DNA from: a bacterium
GTDB lineage: Bacteria > UBA8248
DNA length: 64,000 nt
Assembly (NCBI GenBank): GCA_965219955.1
Contig: OZ244799.1
Location: 3,776,001 to 3,840,000, forward strand
Direction: 5' to 3'
Of this stretch, positions 24,454-33,314 are shown in pieces. The notes under the pieces are model-generated. The model was not told where the DNA came from and made no database searches. It saw only the letters and a program-made list of their open reading frames with translations. Numbering within the stretch: position 1 is the stretch's first letter; every line of letters starts with the position of its first letter. The position numbers and the translations under genes are program-made.

Positions 24454-24871
24454 TTCTAGGTTATGGGACAGCCTCTTGTGTGGGGATCAAAAGATTTGCG
24501 GCACCGTATGTTTTAGGGTGATTCCGAGCAACTCAAATTCTATAAGCCAGACATAAGTATATGAAAACAGGCGATTTGTCAATTCTCTGCCGGATAAATA
24601 TGGTTTAAGATATTGATGTTTAATGAGTTATTTGATTTTTTCGAGGCAACGGGCAATAATAAAAATAATGAAATATCATGGGGATTTCAGTTTAACTCGT
24701 TGATATATATATCGTTATTGAACGATGATTCCCCGTTTCGACTCGAAAGGCCCGATATTCAGGGAAGAAACAGGTTGCACGATCCGATAACGGGTTCTTG
24801 ATTGCATCTATATGCCGAATGTCCATACGATTGGGTGGAAGTTTTCTCAAACGAGGGTGAGGCCTGTTGTG

Positions 24872-25885
24872 ATGACGGAAAATCAAAACGAATCGCTCGT
24901 CCGATATGCGCTGGTTGATTGCGATCCGGGCGTGGACGATGCGCTGGCCCTGGCGATGGGGTTCGCGTCCCCCTTTTTCCGCTATGACGCCGTGACGACC
25001 GTGCACGGCAACGTTTCCGCGCGTCTGGCCTACCGGAACGCGAGAAGGCTCACCGCATTCCTGCGTGCTCACCTCGAATCCCCCATTCCGGACGTTCCCG
25101 TTTATCCGGGCGCCTCGCTGGCGCTGGACGGAAGCCGCCTGAACCGGAGTGAATCGCGCATGATTCACGGGCCCGATGGCATGGGAGCGATTTTCGGGAA
25201 GAAAAAGCGTTTGCTCCGCATGAGCCGGGGAAGTTCGAAACCTGCCTGGGAGGTGATCGTCGAGCAGGCTGCCGAGCGGGGCTCCAGGTTGACGATCATC
25301 ACGCTGGGGCCGCTGACGAATCTGGCCCTGGCCCTTCGGCACGCGCCCGGCGCCTTGTCCCGCGTAAGGAGGATTGTGGTGATGGGAGGAGCCGCCCGGA
25401 TGCCCGGGAACGTGACTCCTGCGGCCGAGTTCAACATCTATTGCGACCCCCTGGCGGCGAAGGAGGTGTTCTCATCGGGTCTGCCCGTCACCATGGTGGG
25501 TCTGGACGTGACGAGGCGCGCGCTCATGAGCGTCGATGAATTGGAGGGCGGCGGCTCGTTCCGCGCGGCGCTCAGAGACCTCACCAAAGTCTACGCGCGG
25601 TTCTCCAGGAAACGGCGGGGCGCCGACGACATCACCCTGCACGATCCCCTGGCCCTCGCCGTCGCGATGAAGCCGGAATTGGTGGAGACCACCCCCTGCA
25701 GCGTGGACGTGGACGCGAGCAGGGGGGTCGCGCGCGGCATGACGCTGGTGGACCTGAGGGAAAACAGGGGCGCGCGGGTCAGAAACCCGGTCGACGTGGC
25801 CCTGGACCTGGATCGAAAGGGTTTTCTGGCGTTTTTCATCTCGCATCTGAGCAAATACCGCGGATGGGACGAAGATGGAAAATAA
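24872..25885 (+). CDS. inosine/uridine-preferring nucleoside hydrolase
   Basis: DCDPGVDD, HGPDG, LGPLTNLA, AEFNIYCDP, HDP; start approximate. Confidence 0.92.
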   Translation: MTENQNESLVRYALVDCDPGVDDALALAMGFASPFFRYDAVTTVHGNVSARLAYRNARRLTAFLRAHLESPIPDVPVYPGASLALDGSRLNRSESRMIHGPDGMGAIFGKKKRLLRMSRGSSKPAWEVIVEQAAERGSRLTIITLGPLTNLALALRHAPGALSRVRRIVVMGGAARMPGNVTPAAEFNIYCDPLAAKEVFSSGLPVTMVGLDVTRRALMSVDELEGGGSFRAALRDLTKVYARFSRKRRGADDITLHDPLALAVAMKPELVETTPCSVDVDASRGVARGMTLVDLRENRGARVRNPVDVALDLDRKGFLAFFISHLSKYRGWDEDGK

Positions 25886-26837
25886 AAAACCCGCCGTCCT
25901 GGTGCTGGGAAGTTCGAATATCGATATCGTCGTTCGCGTGGACAAGCTCCCCCGTGCGGGTGAAACCGTCCTGGGAGGGGAGCGGCGTGAGTATTGGGGC
26001 GGCAAGGGAGCGAATCAGGCCCTGGCGTCCGCCCGCGCCGGGGCGGAAGTGCGCTTCGTCACCATGCTGGGAAACGACCCGGGCGGCGACGCTTATGGCC
26101 TCTACCTGGTGGAGAGCGGGTTATCGCCCGACGGGATACTGCGCTGTAAGGCGAGCACGGGGACGGCGCTGATCCTGGTGGACGGGAAAGGCGAGAACCA
26201 GATCGCCGTGGCCCGGGGCGCGAACGCGCTCCTCACGCCCGGGCGAATGAGAAGAAGGGCGGGACTCCTGGATTTCGGAGACGTGGTTCTGGCGCAGTTG
26301 GAGGTCCCGGTTTCATCGATCATGGCCGCTTTCGGAAAAGGGAGAAGGCGCGGCGCCTGCAACGTCCTGAACCCGGCTCCGGCGGCGGGGGAATTGCCCG
26401 ATGAATTGCTTCGTTTGACCGACGTGCTCGCGCCGAACGAAACCGAAGCGGCGCATCTGGCCGGACTCGTGAAAACTCCCGAAACCGATGAGGAGTTTTT
26501 ACGCGCTGCGCATGCTTTACGGGATATGGGGTTTTCTCGGGTCGTCATTACCGCGGGCGCAAAAGGGGCTTTTCTTCTGGATGAGGAGCGGGCCGCCTGG
26601 ATGAGGCCTCCCGCCGGGATTCAGGTGGTGGACACCACGGGCGCGGGCGATGCTTTTTGCGGAGCGCTGGCGGTGAAGCTGGCCGAGTGCGCGGCGTTTC
26701 AAGAAGCGGTGCGCTTCGCCGTCAGCGCAGGCTCGTGTTCGGTGGGAAAACGCGGCGCGCAAGGGGGTCTGCCTTCGCGCAGGCAAATCCTCAAAAATCA
26801 GCGCCAAGTGCGCCGAAAACAAATTCGGGTTGGTTGA
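25875..26837 (+). CDS. rbsK: ribokinase (PfkB family)
   Basis: GSSNID, GGKGANQA, LNPAPA, PNETEA, DTTGAGDAF. Confidence 0.9.
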   Translation: MENKKPAVLVLGSSNIDIVVRVDKLPRAGETVLGGERREYWGGKGANQALASARAGAEVRFVTMLGNDPGGDAYGLYLVESGLSPDGILRCKASTGTALILVDGKGENQIAVARGANALLTPGRMRRRAGLLDFGDVVLAQLEVPVSSIMAAFGKGRRRGACNVLNPAPAAGELPDELLRLTDVLAPNETEAAHLAGLVKTPETDEEFLRAAHALRDMGFSRVVITAGAKGAFLLDEERAAWMRPPAGIQVVDTTGAGDAFCGALAVKLAECAAFQEAVRFAVSAGSCSVGKRGAQGGLPSRRQILKNQRQVRRKQIRVG

Positions 26838-26942
26838 CTTCAATCCCCAACCCGCATAGGGTGAGCGGAGAGGCGCTTGATGAGGTGACATTTCGCGCTC
26901 TTTCCGACCAAACATCACACGTCGCCAATAGGAGAGACGCTC

Positions 26943-27992
26943 ATGCCGATGGATTGGGATGAGTTCAAATCAAGAAGACAGGGAGGCAGCGGAGGAGGAA
27001 GCGGTGGAGGCGGCGGCATCCCGCCGCAGATCAAGATTCCGCAGTTCCGCATGCCGAATTTCAAACTTCCCTCTGCGGCCATATTCGTTGTGGCGGCGCT
27101 GATATGGCTGGCTTCCGGCATTTTCAGCGTGGGGCCGGACGAGCAGGGCATCGTGCTCCGGTTCGGACGCATCGAACGGGTGGTGTCCTCGGGCCTGAAC
27201 TACCATATGCCTTTCCCGATAGAGACCGCCTACACGCCGAAGGTGACGGAAGTGAAGCGCGTGGAAATCGGTTTCCGCACCATCGATCCCGGGCCTCCCG
27301 CCAGATATTCGGACAAGCCCCATGAGTCGAGGATGCTGACCGGGGACGAGAACATGGTGGACGTGGACATGATTGTCCAGTATCTCATCGTGGAGGCGGA
27401 CAAGTATCTCTTCAAGGTGCGCAACCCCAGGGAGACGGTGGTGCACGCGGCGGAGGCCGCCATCCGTCAGGTGGTGGGCAGCAAGCCCATCGACGAGGCG
27501 CTCACCACCGGAAAGGGCGCGATTCAGCAGGAGACGCTGGTGGAGCTTCAAAAGATACTGGATCGCTACGAAACCGGGTTGCGCGTAGTGGCTGTGCAGC
27601 TTCAGGACGTGACGCCTCCCAAGGAGGTCATCCACGCATTCAAGGACGTCGCCAGCGCCCGTGAGGACAGAAACCGCCTCGTGAACGAGGCGCAGGGCTA
27701 TCAGAACCAGGTGATACCGGAGACGCGGGGCAAGGTGGCCGCCATCATCAGGAAGGCGGAAGCATACCGCGAGACCAAGATTCGTCACGCGCGAGGCGAT
27801 GCGAATCGCTTCCTGGCGACGCTCAAGGAATACAAAAAAGCGCCGGCGATCACGCGCGAGCGGCTCTACCTCGAAATGATGAAAGAGGTGATGCCGACGG
27901 TGGACAAGGTGATCCTGGATCAGGGCAAATCCGGCGTGTTGCCCATACTCCCGCTACGGGGCAACGGCATTGAAGGGGTGACGAAACGATGA
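26943..27992 (+). CDS. hflK: FtsH protease modulator HflK
   Basis: Gly-rich N-terminus, TM helix, SPFH domain (MLTGDENMV, AFKDVASAREDR, TRERLYLE). Confidence 0.93.
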   Translation: MPMDWDEFKSRRQGGSGGGSGGGGGIPPQIKIPQFRMPNFKLPSAAIFVVAALIWLASGIFSVGPDEQGIVLRFGRIERVVSSGLNYHMPFPIETAYTPKVTEVKRVEIGFRTIDPGPPARYSDKPHESRMLTGDENMVDVDMIVQYLIVEADKYLFKVRNPRETVVHAAEAAIRQVVGSKPIDEALTTGKGAIQQETLVELQKILDRYETGLRVVAVQLQDVTPPKEVIHAFKDVASAREDRNRLVNEAQGYQNQVIPETRGKVAAIIRKAEAYRETKIRHARGDANRFLATLKEYKKAPAITRERLYLEMMKEVMPTVDKVILDQGKSGVLPILPLRGNGIEGVTKR

Positions 27993-28924
27993 GCGCCGAA
28001 GGAGCAGAAACCAGAAAAATTCCCAAAAAGACGATCGCCCTGTTCGTTTTGATACTGATCATCGTTTTTGGCGTCAATTCGCTTCTGTTCACGATTCGTG
28101 AAGACAGGCAGGTGGTCGTCACGCGGTTCGGAAAGCCCGTCCGCGTCTTGCGCGACGCGGGTCTCCACTACCGGCTGCCGTTCGTGGAGCAACTCTCGTT
28201 CTTCGACCGGCGCCTGCTGGAGTACGACTCCAACCCGACGGAGATCATCACGCAGGACAAGAAATCCCTGGTGGTGGACAACTTCTCGCGCTGGCGCATC
28301 ATCGACCCGCTCCAATTCCTGCGCACCGTGCGAAACGAAACGGGCGCGCAGGCCCGGCTCGACGACATCATCTACAGTGAACTGCGCCTGGAGCTCGGCC
28401 GTAAGGATCTGATCGACATCGTGGCGAAAGAACGCGCGCAACTGATGGCCAAGGTCACGAAAGAAAGCGACAAGAAGGCGCGCGCCTACGGCATTCAGAT
28501 AGTGGACGTGCGCCTGAAGCGCGCCGATTTGCCCACCGAGAACCTGAAGGCGATTTACGGACGCATGCAGGCCGAGCGGCAGAGAATCGCCCGTCAGTAC
28601 CGATCGGAAGGAAAAGAGCAGGCCCAGAAGATTCGGGCGGAGACCAACCGTGAACGCGACGTGCTCCTCGCGGAGGCCTACGAGAAAGAGCAGACCGTCA
28701 AGGGTGAGGGAGACGCCAAGAGCATCGACATCAACGCCCAGGCGTTCGGGCAGGACGAGGAATTCTATGCCTTCCTGAAGAGCCTCGAGGTGTATGAGGG
28801 CTCGCTCAAGGACAAGACGACCCTCGTGCTGCCGGCGAGCAGTGATTTTCTCCGCTTCCTGCAAGGCTCCGTGAACAGGAATATGAAGAAAGCCGAGGAA
28901 AAAACCGAGAATAAATCCCAATAA
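27989..28924 (+). CDS. hflC: FtsH protease modulator HflC
   Basis: ITQDKKSLVVDNF, VDVRLKRADLP, RMQAER, FYAFLKSLE; overlaps hflK stop. Confidence 0.93.
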   Translation: MSAEGAETRKIPKKTIALFVLILIIVFGVNSLLFTIREDRQVVVTRFGKPVRVLRDAGLHYRLPFVEQLSFFDRRLLEYDSNPTEIITQDKKSLVVDNFSRWRIIDPLQFLRTVRNETGAQARLDDIIYSELRLELGRKDLIDIVAKERAQLMAKVTKESDKKARAYGIQIVDVRLKRADLPTENLKAIYGRMQAERQRIARQYRSEGKEQAQKIRAETNRERDVLLAEAYEKEQTVKGEGDAKSIDINAQAFGQDEEFYAFLKSLEVYEGSLKDKTTLVLPASSDFLRFLQGSVNRNMKKAEEKTENKSQ

Positions 28925-28936
28925 TTTTGTATTTCC

Positions 28937-28974
28937 AAAAAGAAAGGCCCCCTCCCGAGGAGGGGGTCTTTTTT
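28937..28974. terminator. bidirectional intrinsic terminator
   Basis: AAAAAGAAAGGCCCCCTCC-CGA-GGAGGGGGTCTTTTTT; T-tracts on both strands. Confidence 0.8.
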
Positions 28975-29244
28975 CGGCGGGGTTGAGAGGCGACTCGAAA
29001 GCCCGAATGCGAGACGCCCTCGTCTTCGGTGTCGAAACTTATGGGGCCCCGCAGGGGGCCCCTGGGTGGGATAGGGGCATCTTCCGGAAGGAAAGGGCAA
29101 GCGATGCCCGGAAAGGTCATCTCGCCGTTCACGTCATGAAAATACTTCCATAACCGATACGTGCAAAATACGCCTGGAACGGAAACGAAGGGCGGATGGA
29201 CCTGCCTGAACTCGTGGTGATGTGCTTGCTAGATGCTACCCATA
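28937..29244 (-). ncRNA. candidate ~300-nt structured non-coding RNA (unassigned)
   Basis: lies between a TTGACA-17-TACATT promoter and a terminator; several GC-rich hairpins; no credible ORF. Confidence 0.4.
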
Positions 29245-29250
29245 TCCTCC

Positions 29251-29279
29251 AATGTAGAGCGAATTTTTCCATCTGTCAA
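29251..29279 (-). promoter_or_regulatory. sigma70-type promoter
   Basis: minus strand TTGACA-gatggaaaaattcgctc(17)-TACATT. Confidence 0.65.
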
Positions 29280-29287
29280 GAAATTTA

Positions 29288-29457
29288 ATACTAAATGTAG
29301 TGCATTTTTTTGTTTCCACACAAGATATTGTGTCAAAAAGGCAATCTTATCCACAGGTTATCCAGACGGGAAAAAACGAATTGCCCCATAAAAAGCAATC
29401 AGTTACGAGGAATCTATATATAGTGTAATGAGTAGTTGTGGATACAATATCTTGAGA
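29288..29457. promoter_or_regulatory. two tandem pairs of NrdR-like boxes plus DnaA-like boxes
   Basis: NrdR-like: ATACTAAATGTAGTGC (29288), ACACAAGATATTGTGT (29318), AATCTATATATAGTGT (29411), ATACAATATCTTGAGA (29442); DnaA-like: TTATCCACA (29347), TTATCCAGA (29358), TGTGGATAC (29437). Confidence 0.6.
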
Positions 29458-29577
29458 TAAGGAGAAATATAGTTTTCAGGCTGTTTCCGGGCCCGTTCTG
29501 GTCGGGGAAGTCATCGAATCGGCGGGCGCGAACCAGGGCGCTTTCATCGTACCGGCCGCCAAAACGGGAATTCGTCG

Positions 29578-29940
29578 TTATCCGTCTCTCAGGTAATTAT
29601 CGGTTCCGTCGACCCAGTCTTCCCGGATGGGGCTGAAGATGTCGTAGTCTATCGCCGTTTCATCGCCCACGACTTCCACGGAGTGGGGGACGTGCGGGGG
29701 GATGAGGAGCGTCTCCCCCGGCCCGATTTCCACGGTCTCATCGTCGATGAAGAAGCGGAGCCTACCCTGCAAGACGTGGGATATCTGCTCGTGCTCGTGG
29801 CTGTGCATGGGCACCACGCAGCCGGGCTTGAGCTTGAGCCAGCAAAGCATCTCTTTTTCGCCCACCACCATCTTTCTCGACAGGGTGTCGTTCAAGACCT
29901 CCTCGGGCATCTCATCCCAACTGTATTTTTGGGCGCGCAT
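29578..29940 (-). CDS. cupin domain protein
   Basis: PMHSHEHEQ...PPHVPH, DIFSPIRED. Confidence 0.88.
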   Translation of the reverse strand: MRAQKYSWDEMPEEVLNDTLSRKMVVGEKEMLCWLKLKPGCVVPMHSHEHEQISHVLQGRLRFFIDDETVEIGPGETLLIPPHVPHSVEVVGDETAIDYDIFSPIREDWVDGTDNYLRDG

Positions 29941-30004
29941 GGTTCATCTCCTTGGGGTCGAGTGCTGGTTCGCTTCAGGAAGGCGGCGAAAACCGCCGGC
30001 GCAT

Positions 30005-30283
30005 CTACTGCTTGTATTCAGGCAGCGTCCTGCTGAAGCCCTCCCGCATGACGCGGCCTTTCTTGAGCACGTAATAACCCTCGCCGTAGCGGATGACGCT
30101 GGTGAGCGGGGGAATCCGGCATTCTTTCGAGATCACTAGGTTTTCCTGGGATTCATCGCGGGGGAGATAGCGCTCCGCGTCCTCATCGGACAGCTGAATC
30201 TCACTGTTGCAGGCGCCGGCCGCCGTTTCGAATTCGCCTTGCAGCTTGATGGTCTTGCATTCACAAGAAATCGCGTTGCTCAT
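30005..30283 (-). CDS. small hypothetical protein
   Basis: AGGAG RBS, 92 aa, co-oriented with cupin; no family recognised. Confidence 0.6.
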   Translation of the reverse strand: MSNAISCECKTIKLQGEFETAAGACNSEIQLSDEDAERYLPRDESQENLVISKECRIPPLTSVIRYGEGYYVLKKGRVMREGFSRTLPEYKQ

Positions 30284-30484
30284 TGAGGGTCTCCTGCGCT
30301 CATCGAGAGCCTTCTGAAAAAGTGGGCCTATGCTAAAAAGTGGGCTTCAGCCTGTCAAGACCGCCGGGGATGAAAAACGCATGCCGCATCGGCGCGATGG
30401 TCCGGGAAAGGAGTTGTTGGAAACCCGTCTTTGCTCGAAATGGACCACCGCCGGAATGACGAGCGGATGCCGCGCCCGCTGCAG

Positions 30485-30760
30485 GGGCTGTTGAAAAAGT
30501 CTCATACGGCGCAATCCCTCTCCTCGTCCTGCGCATCCCACCGCTCCGCCTCACCCTGAGTAGCGGCCCCTCGACTTCGCTCGGGGCAGGCTCCGCCGTT
30601 CTCCGACACTCCTCACCCTGAGTAGCGGCGGAGCCGCGTATCGAAGGGCGAAGTTCGCACCCCCCCCCATCCTTCGATACGGCGCTTGCGCGCCTACTCA
30701 GGATGAGGGTTTCAAGGCTTCTGCGAAGCCCGTTCCCGATACCGGGTTTTTCAACAGCCC
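30485..30760. mobile_element. MITE-like composite with CCTCAYCCTGAGTAG...TATCGAAGG palindromes
   Basis: ends GGGGCTGTTGAAAAAG / GGTTTTTCAACAGCCC; internal palindromes also found at 53837-53968. Confidence 0.7.
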
Positions 30761-30858
30761 GGGAGAGGTTCTGTTCGGTTTGAAATGTCTCCCTCGCGGG
30801 AGTATAAATGGTCGGGTTTCAGGATTTATCGTTTCATTCATTTCAGGAGGGCGCATTG

Positions 30859-31359
30859 ATGCCACGCATGACGGACAAGATGATCGACTCGGGCGATCCC
30901 TTCCCGAGCCTCGAGGTGGACCAGGTGGGAGGCGGCAAAATCTCCCTTCCAGGCGACCTTGCGGGCGATTGGGGGGTGGTATTGCTCTACCGCGGACACT
31001 GGTGACCGTACTGCAAGCAGCAACTTACGGCCTTCGACAGATCGGCGAAGCTCGCCGAAGAAGGCGTCAAGGTTGTTGCAGCCTCCGTGGACACGGAGGA
31101 GAACGCGAAGGGAACGATTGAGGAATGCGGACTCAACTTCCCCGTGGGCTATGGCCTGGACAACAGGCAGATTTCCGAACTCACCGGTTGTTTCTATGAG
31201 GAAAAACGCCAGATCATCCACAGCACGGGCTATGTCCTGAAGCCCGACGGAACGGTGGCCGTCGCCGTCTACAGCACGGGCCCCATCGGCCGGCTCGTGT
31301 GGCAGGACGTGGTGGGTCTGGTTCAGTTCCAGAAGAAGATGATGGCCTCCCAGGGCTAG
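30859..31359 (+). CDS. AhpC/TSA-like redoxin, probable selenoprotein (Sec at codon 49, TGA 31003-31005)
   Basis: LYRGHW-TGA-PYC continues in frame into ORF 31087-31359; AGGAGG RBS; family motif is normally W-C-P-Y-C. Confidence 0.8.
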
Positions 31360-31374
31360 CGCGCATCTTTTCGG

Positions 31375-31415
31375 GCACCCCCTCGGGTTTCGGCTTCGAG
31401 GGGGTGTTTCTTTTT
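31375..31415 (+). terminator. intrinsic terminator
   Basis: GCACCCCCTCG...CGAGGGGGTGT followed by T-tract. Confidence 0.75.
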
Positions 31416-31520
31416 GCGAGGAAAACCGGCGGGCCTGTTTTCATCGCTCCGCGAGAGAGGTAACATCGCAGGCAGATGACACAGCCGCATTCATATTCCT
31501 GAACGAAACGGGAGCGCATC

Positions 31521-32054
31521 ATGCCGAAAGTGAACCAGTTGTTCCTCGACACCGGGGATGACTTCCCGAGTCTCGAAATCCCCAGGGCGGGCGGCGGAAG
31601 GATCTCCCTGCCCGACGACTTGCTGGGTTCTTGGGGCGTCGTCATTTTCTACCGCAGCCACTGGTGACCCTACTGCCTCGCCCAGATGGCGGGATTCTCC
31701 CGGGTGGGAGAAAGACTCGAAGCAGAGGGCATCAAGGTCGTCGCGGCGTCCACCGACCCCGAGAATGAGGCGTTGCAGTCCATCGAAGAGAGCAAGGTGA
31801 ACTTTCCGGTGGGCCACAGCCTGGACCCCGCGCACATCTCCGAGGCGACGGGCGCTTTCTACGCACCCGAGGCGGGCGACAAGCCGAGGACGTTCCTCCA
31901 CGCCACCAACTTTCTGCTCTCGCCGGACGGCAAGGTGAACATCTCGCTCTACAGTTCGGGCCCGCTGGGGCGTCTCGTCTGGCAGGACGTCATCCAGGCC
32001 GTGCAGTTCCGGAAAAAGCGGATGGCGGCGCAAGCGCAGCAGTCGCAGCAGTAA
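31521..32054 (+). CDS. AhpC/TSA-like redoxin paralogue, probable selenoprotein (Sec at codon 49, TGA 31665-31667)
   Basis: FYRSHW-TGA-PYC in frame with ORF 31686-32054; shares C-terminal YS.GP.GRLVWQDV with upstream copy. Confidence 0.8.
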
Positions 32055-32063
32055 AAACACAAA

Positions 32064-32093
32064 AAAAGCCGGTGGGGCGTCCCACCGGCTTTT
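32064..32093. terminator. intrinsic terminator
   Basis: AAAAGCCGGTGGG-GCGT-CCCACCGGCTTTT. Confidence 0.75.
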
Positions 32094-32097
32094 CTCC

Positions 32098-32474
32098 GGC
32101 TGTTGGAAAAACCTTTGTGAAGTGAGCGAACGCTCCCTCCCCGGTTGTGTTCGACCCCCAACTCCTTTTGTCAGGAGATAAAGGCAACCCCCCCTACCCT
32201 CCCTTGTCAGGGGGGTATAAAAAAGCGATGCGCCCTCGCCGGGCTGAGGGGTTTTTGATTTTTCTTGCCCCCCTGACAAGGGGGGTAAGGGGGGTTGCAT
32301 TTCAAGTCGAGGGAGAGCCCGCTGGCGAGTGATTTCTCCCGGAGGTTTGTAGGGACAGGCCTCTGTGCCTGTCCAACATCGTGAGGTCGGATATAAATAT
32401 CGGGCGGGCACGGAGGCCCGCCCCTACACCCTACAAAAACGCAACTCCTCTTCCCAGGCTTCTTCAACAACCCT
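32098..32474. repeat. composite repeat block (TIR-like ends, CCCTTGTCAGGGG unit, inverted GTAG REP pair)
   Basis: GGCTGTTGGAAAAA ... TTCTTCAACAACCC enclosing the shared palindromes. Confidence 0.7.
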
Positions 32475-32488
32475 CCTCGTTCTGCTCT

Positions 32489-32875
32489 CTAGCTCTTGAG
32501 CCGTTCGGCCACCTCGTCGGCATCGGACGCCTTGTTGTAATCCTGATCCAGCGTGCCGTCGCCCGCCGGGCTTTTCACCGCGAAGAACTTGGCGGGGCCT
32601 TCGGTGATGTAGATGCCGTGGCGCGTGTTTCTGGGGATGTGCACCAGCTCGCCCGGGCCGATCTCGCGCGTCTCCTCGCCGCAGATCATGTTCATCTTTC
32701 CCTCGAGCATCAGGATGTACTGCTCCTCGTTGGGATGAAAGTGCGGCGGGGGGCCGTCTCCCTGGGGATAGATCACCCAGCCCACCTTCATCAACTCGCC
32801 CGCCGTCGCGTGGCTCACGGCGGGGCCTACTTTCGATGAGCCCCGGGGAAGGTCTTCCATTCTGTAAAACGGCAT
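32489..32875 (-). CDS. cupin domain protein
   Basis: PPPHFHPNEEQ...HIPRNTRH. Confidence 0.88.
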   Translation of the reverse strand: MPFYRMEDLPRGSSKVGPAVSHATAGELMKVGWVIYPQGDGPPPHFHPNEEQYILMLEGKMNMICGEETREIGPGELVHIPRNTRHGIYITEGPAKFFAVKSPAGDGTLDQDYNKASDADEVAERLKS

Positions 32876-32904
32876 GCAAACTCTCCTTGGTCAAAAAAGC
32901 GGTC

Positions 32905-33297
32905 CTATAAGGTGGATTCCAGTTTTTCCCGCGCCGCTTCGGCGTCTTCGGCCTTGTTGTAGTCCTGGTAGAGATCGCCGTCGCCCGCGGGGCTCTTCAC
33001 GGTGAAGAAGGCGAACGGCCCCTCGGTGATGCGAAGGCCGTGGCGCTCGTTGCGGCGGATGTGCACCAGATCGCCGGGCTCGACGACGCGGGTCTCCTCC
33101 CCCAGGATCACGTTCGCCTTTCCCTCCATCACCAGGAGGAACTGCTCCTCGTTCGGGTGGTAGTGCGGCGGCGGGCCGCCGTCCGCGGGATAGGTGATCA
33201 TGCCAGCCTTCATGAGTTCCCCGGCGACGCTTTGGGTCCGGCCCTTGCCCATGTCGACGTACTTCGTTTCCATCTCGGATATTTTGTAGAACGGCAA
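32905..33297 (-). CDS. cupin domain protein (tandem paralogue)
   Basis: TTG start after GGAGG; PPPHYHPNEEQ...HIRRNERH; KSPAGDG..QDYNKA shared with neighbour. Confidence 0.85.
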   Translation of the reverse strand: MPFYKISEMETKYVDMGKGRTQSVAGELMKAGMITYPADGGPPPHYHPNEEQFLLVMEGKANVILGEETRVVEPGDLVHIRRNERHGLRITEGPFAFFTVKSPAGDGDLYQDYNKAEDAEAAREKLESTL

Positions 33298-33314
33298 GTC
33301 TAAATTCCTCCCTT

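Noticed and set aside
29070-29115. SRP RNA (CCGGAAGGAA resembles the helix 8 tetraloop)
   Set aside because: The flanking conserved CAGG and AGCAG of the symmetric loop are missing; no tmRNA, RNase P or 6S hallmarks were recognised either.
28765-29132. Minus-strand ORFs of 108-111 aa as the product of the 29.27-kb promoter
   Set aside because: Both run through the terminator into antisense hflC and lack a clear RBS; a short peptide cannot be entirely ruled out.
29280-29480. Chromosomal replication origin (DnaA boxes in AT-rich DNA)
   Set aside because: Only one perfect box, no clean DnaA-trio run, no dnaA/gidA/parAB context, and the rRNA operon would be head-on to a fork starting here. Not fully excluded without genome-wide GC skew.
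31003-31667. Genome-wide TGA reassignment or twin pseudogenes
   Set aside because: TGA ends many ordinary genes in the window, and the same stop at the catalytic Cys position in two diverged paralogues fits selenocysteine better.
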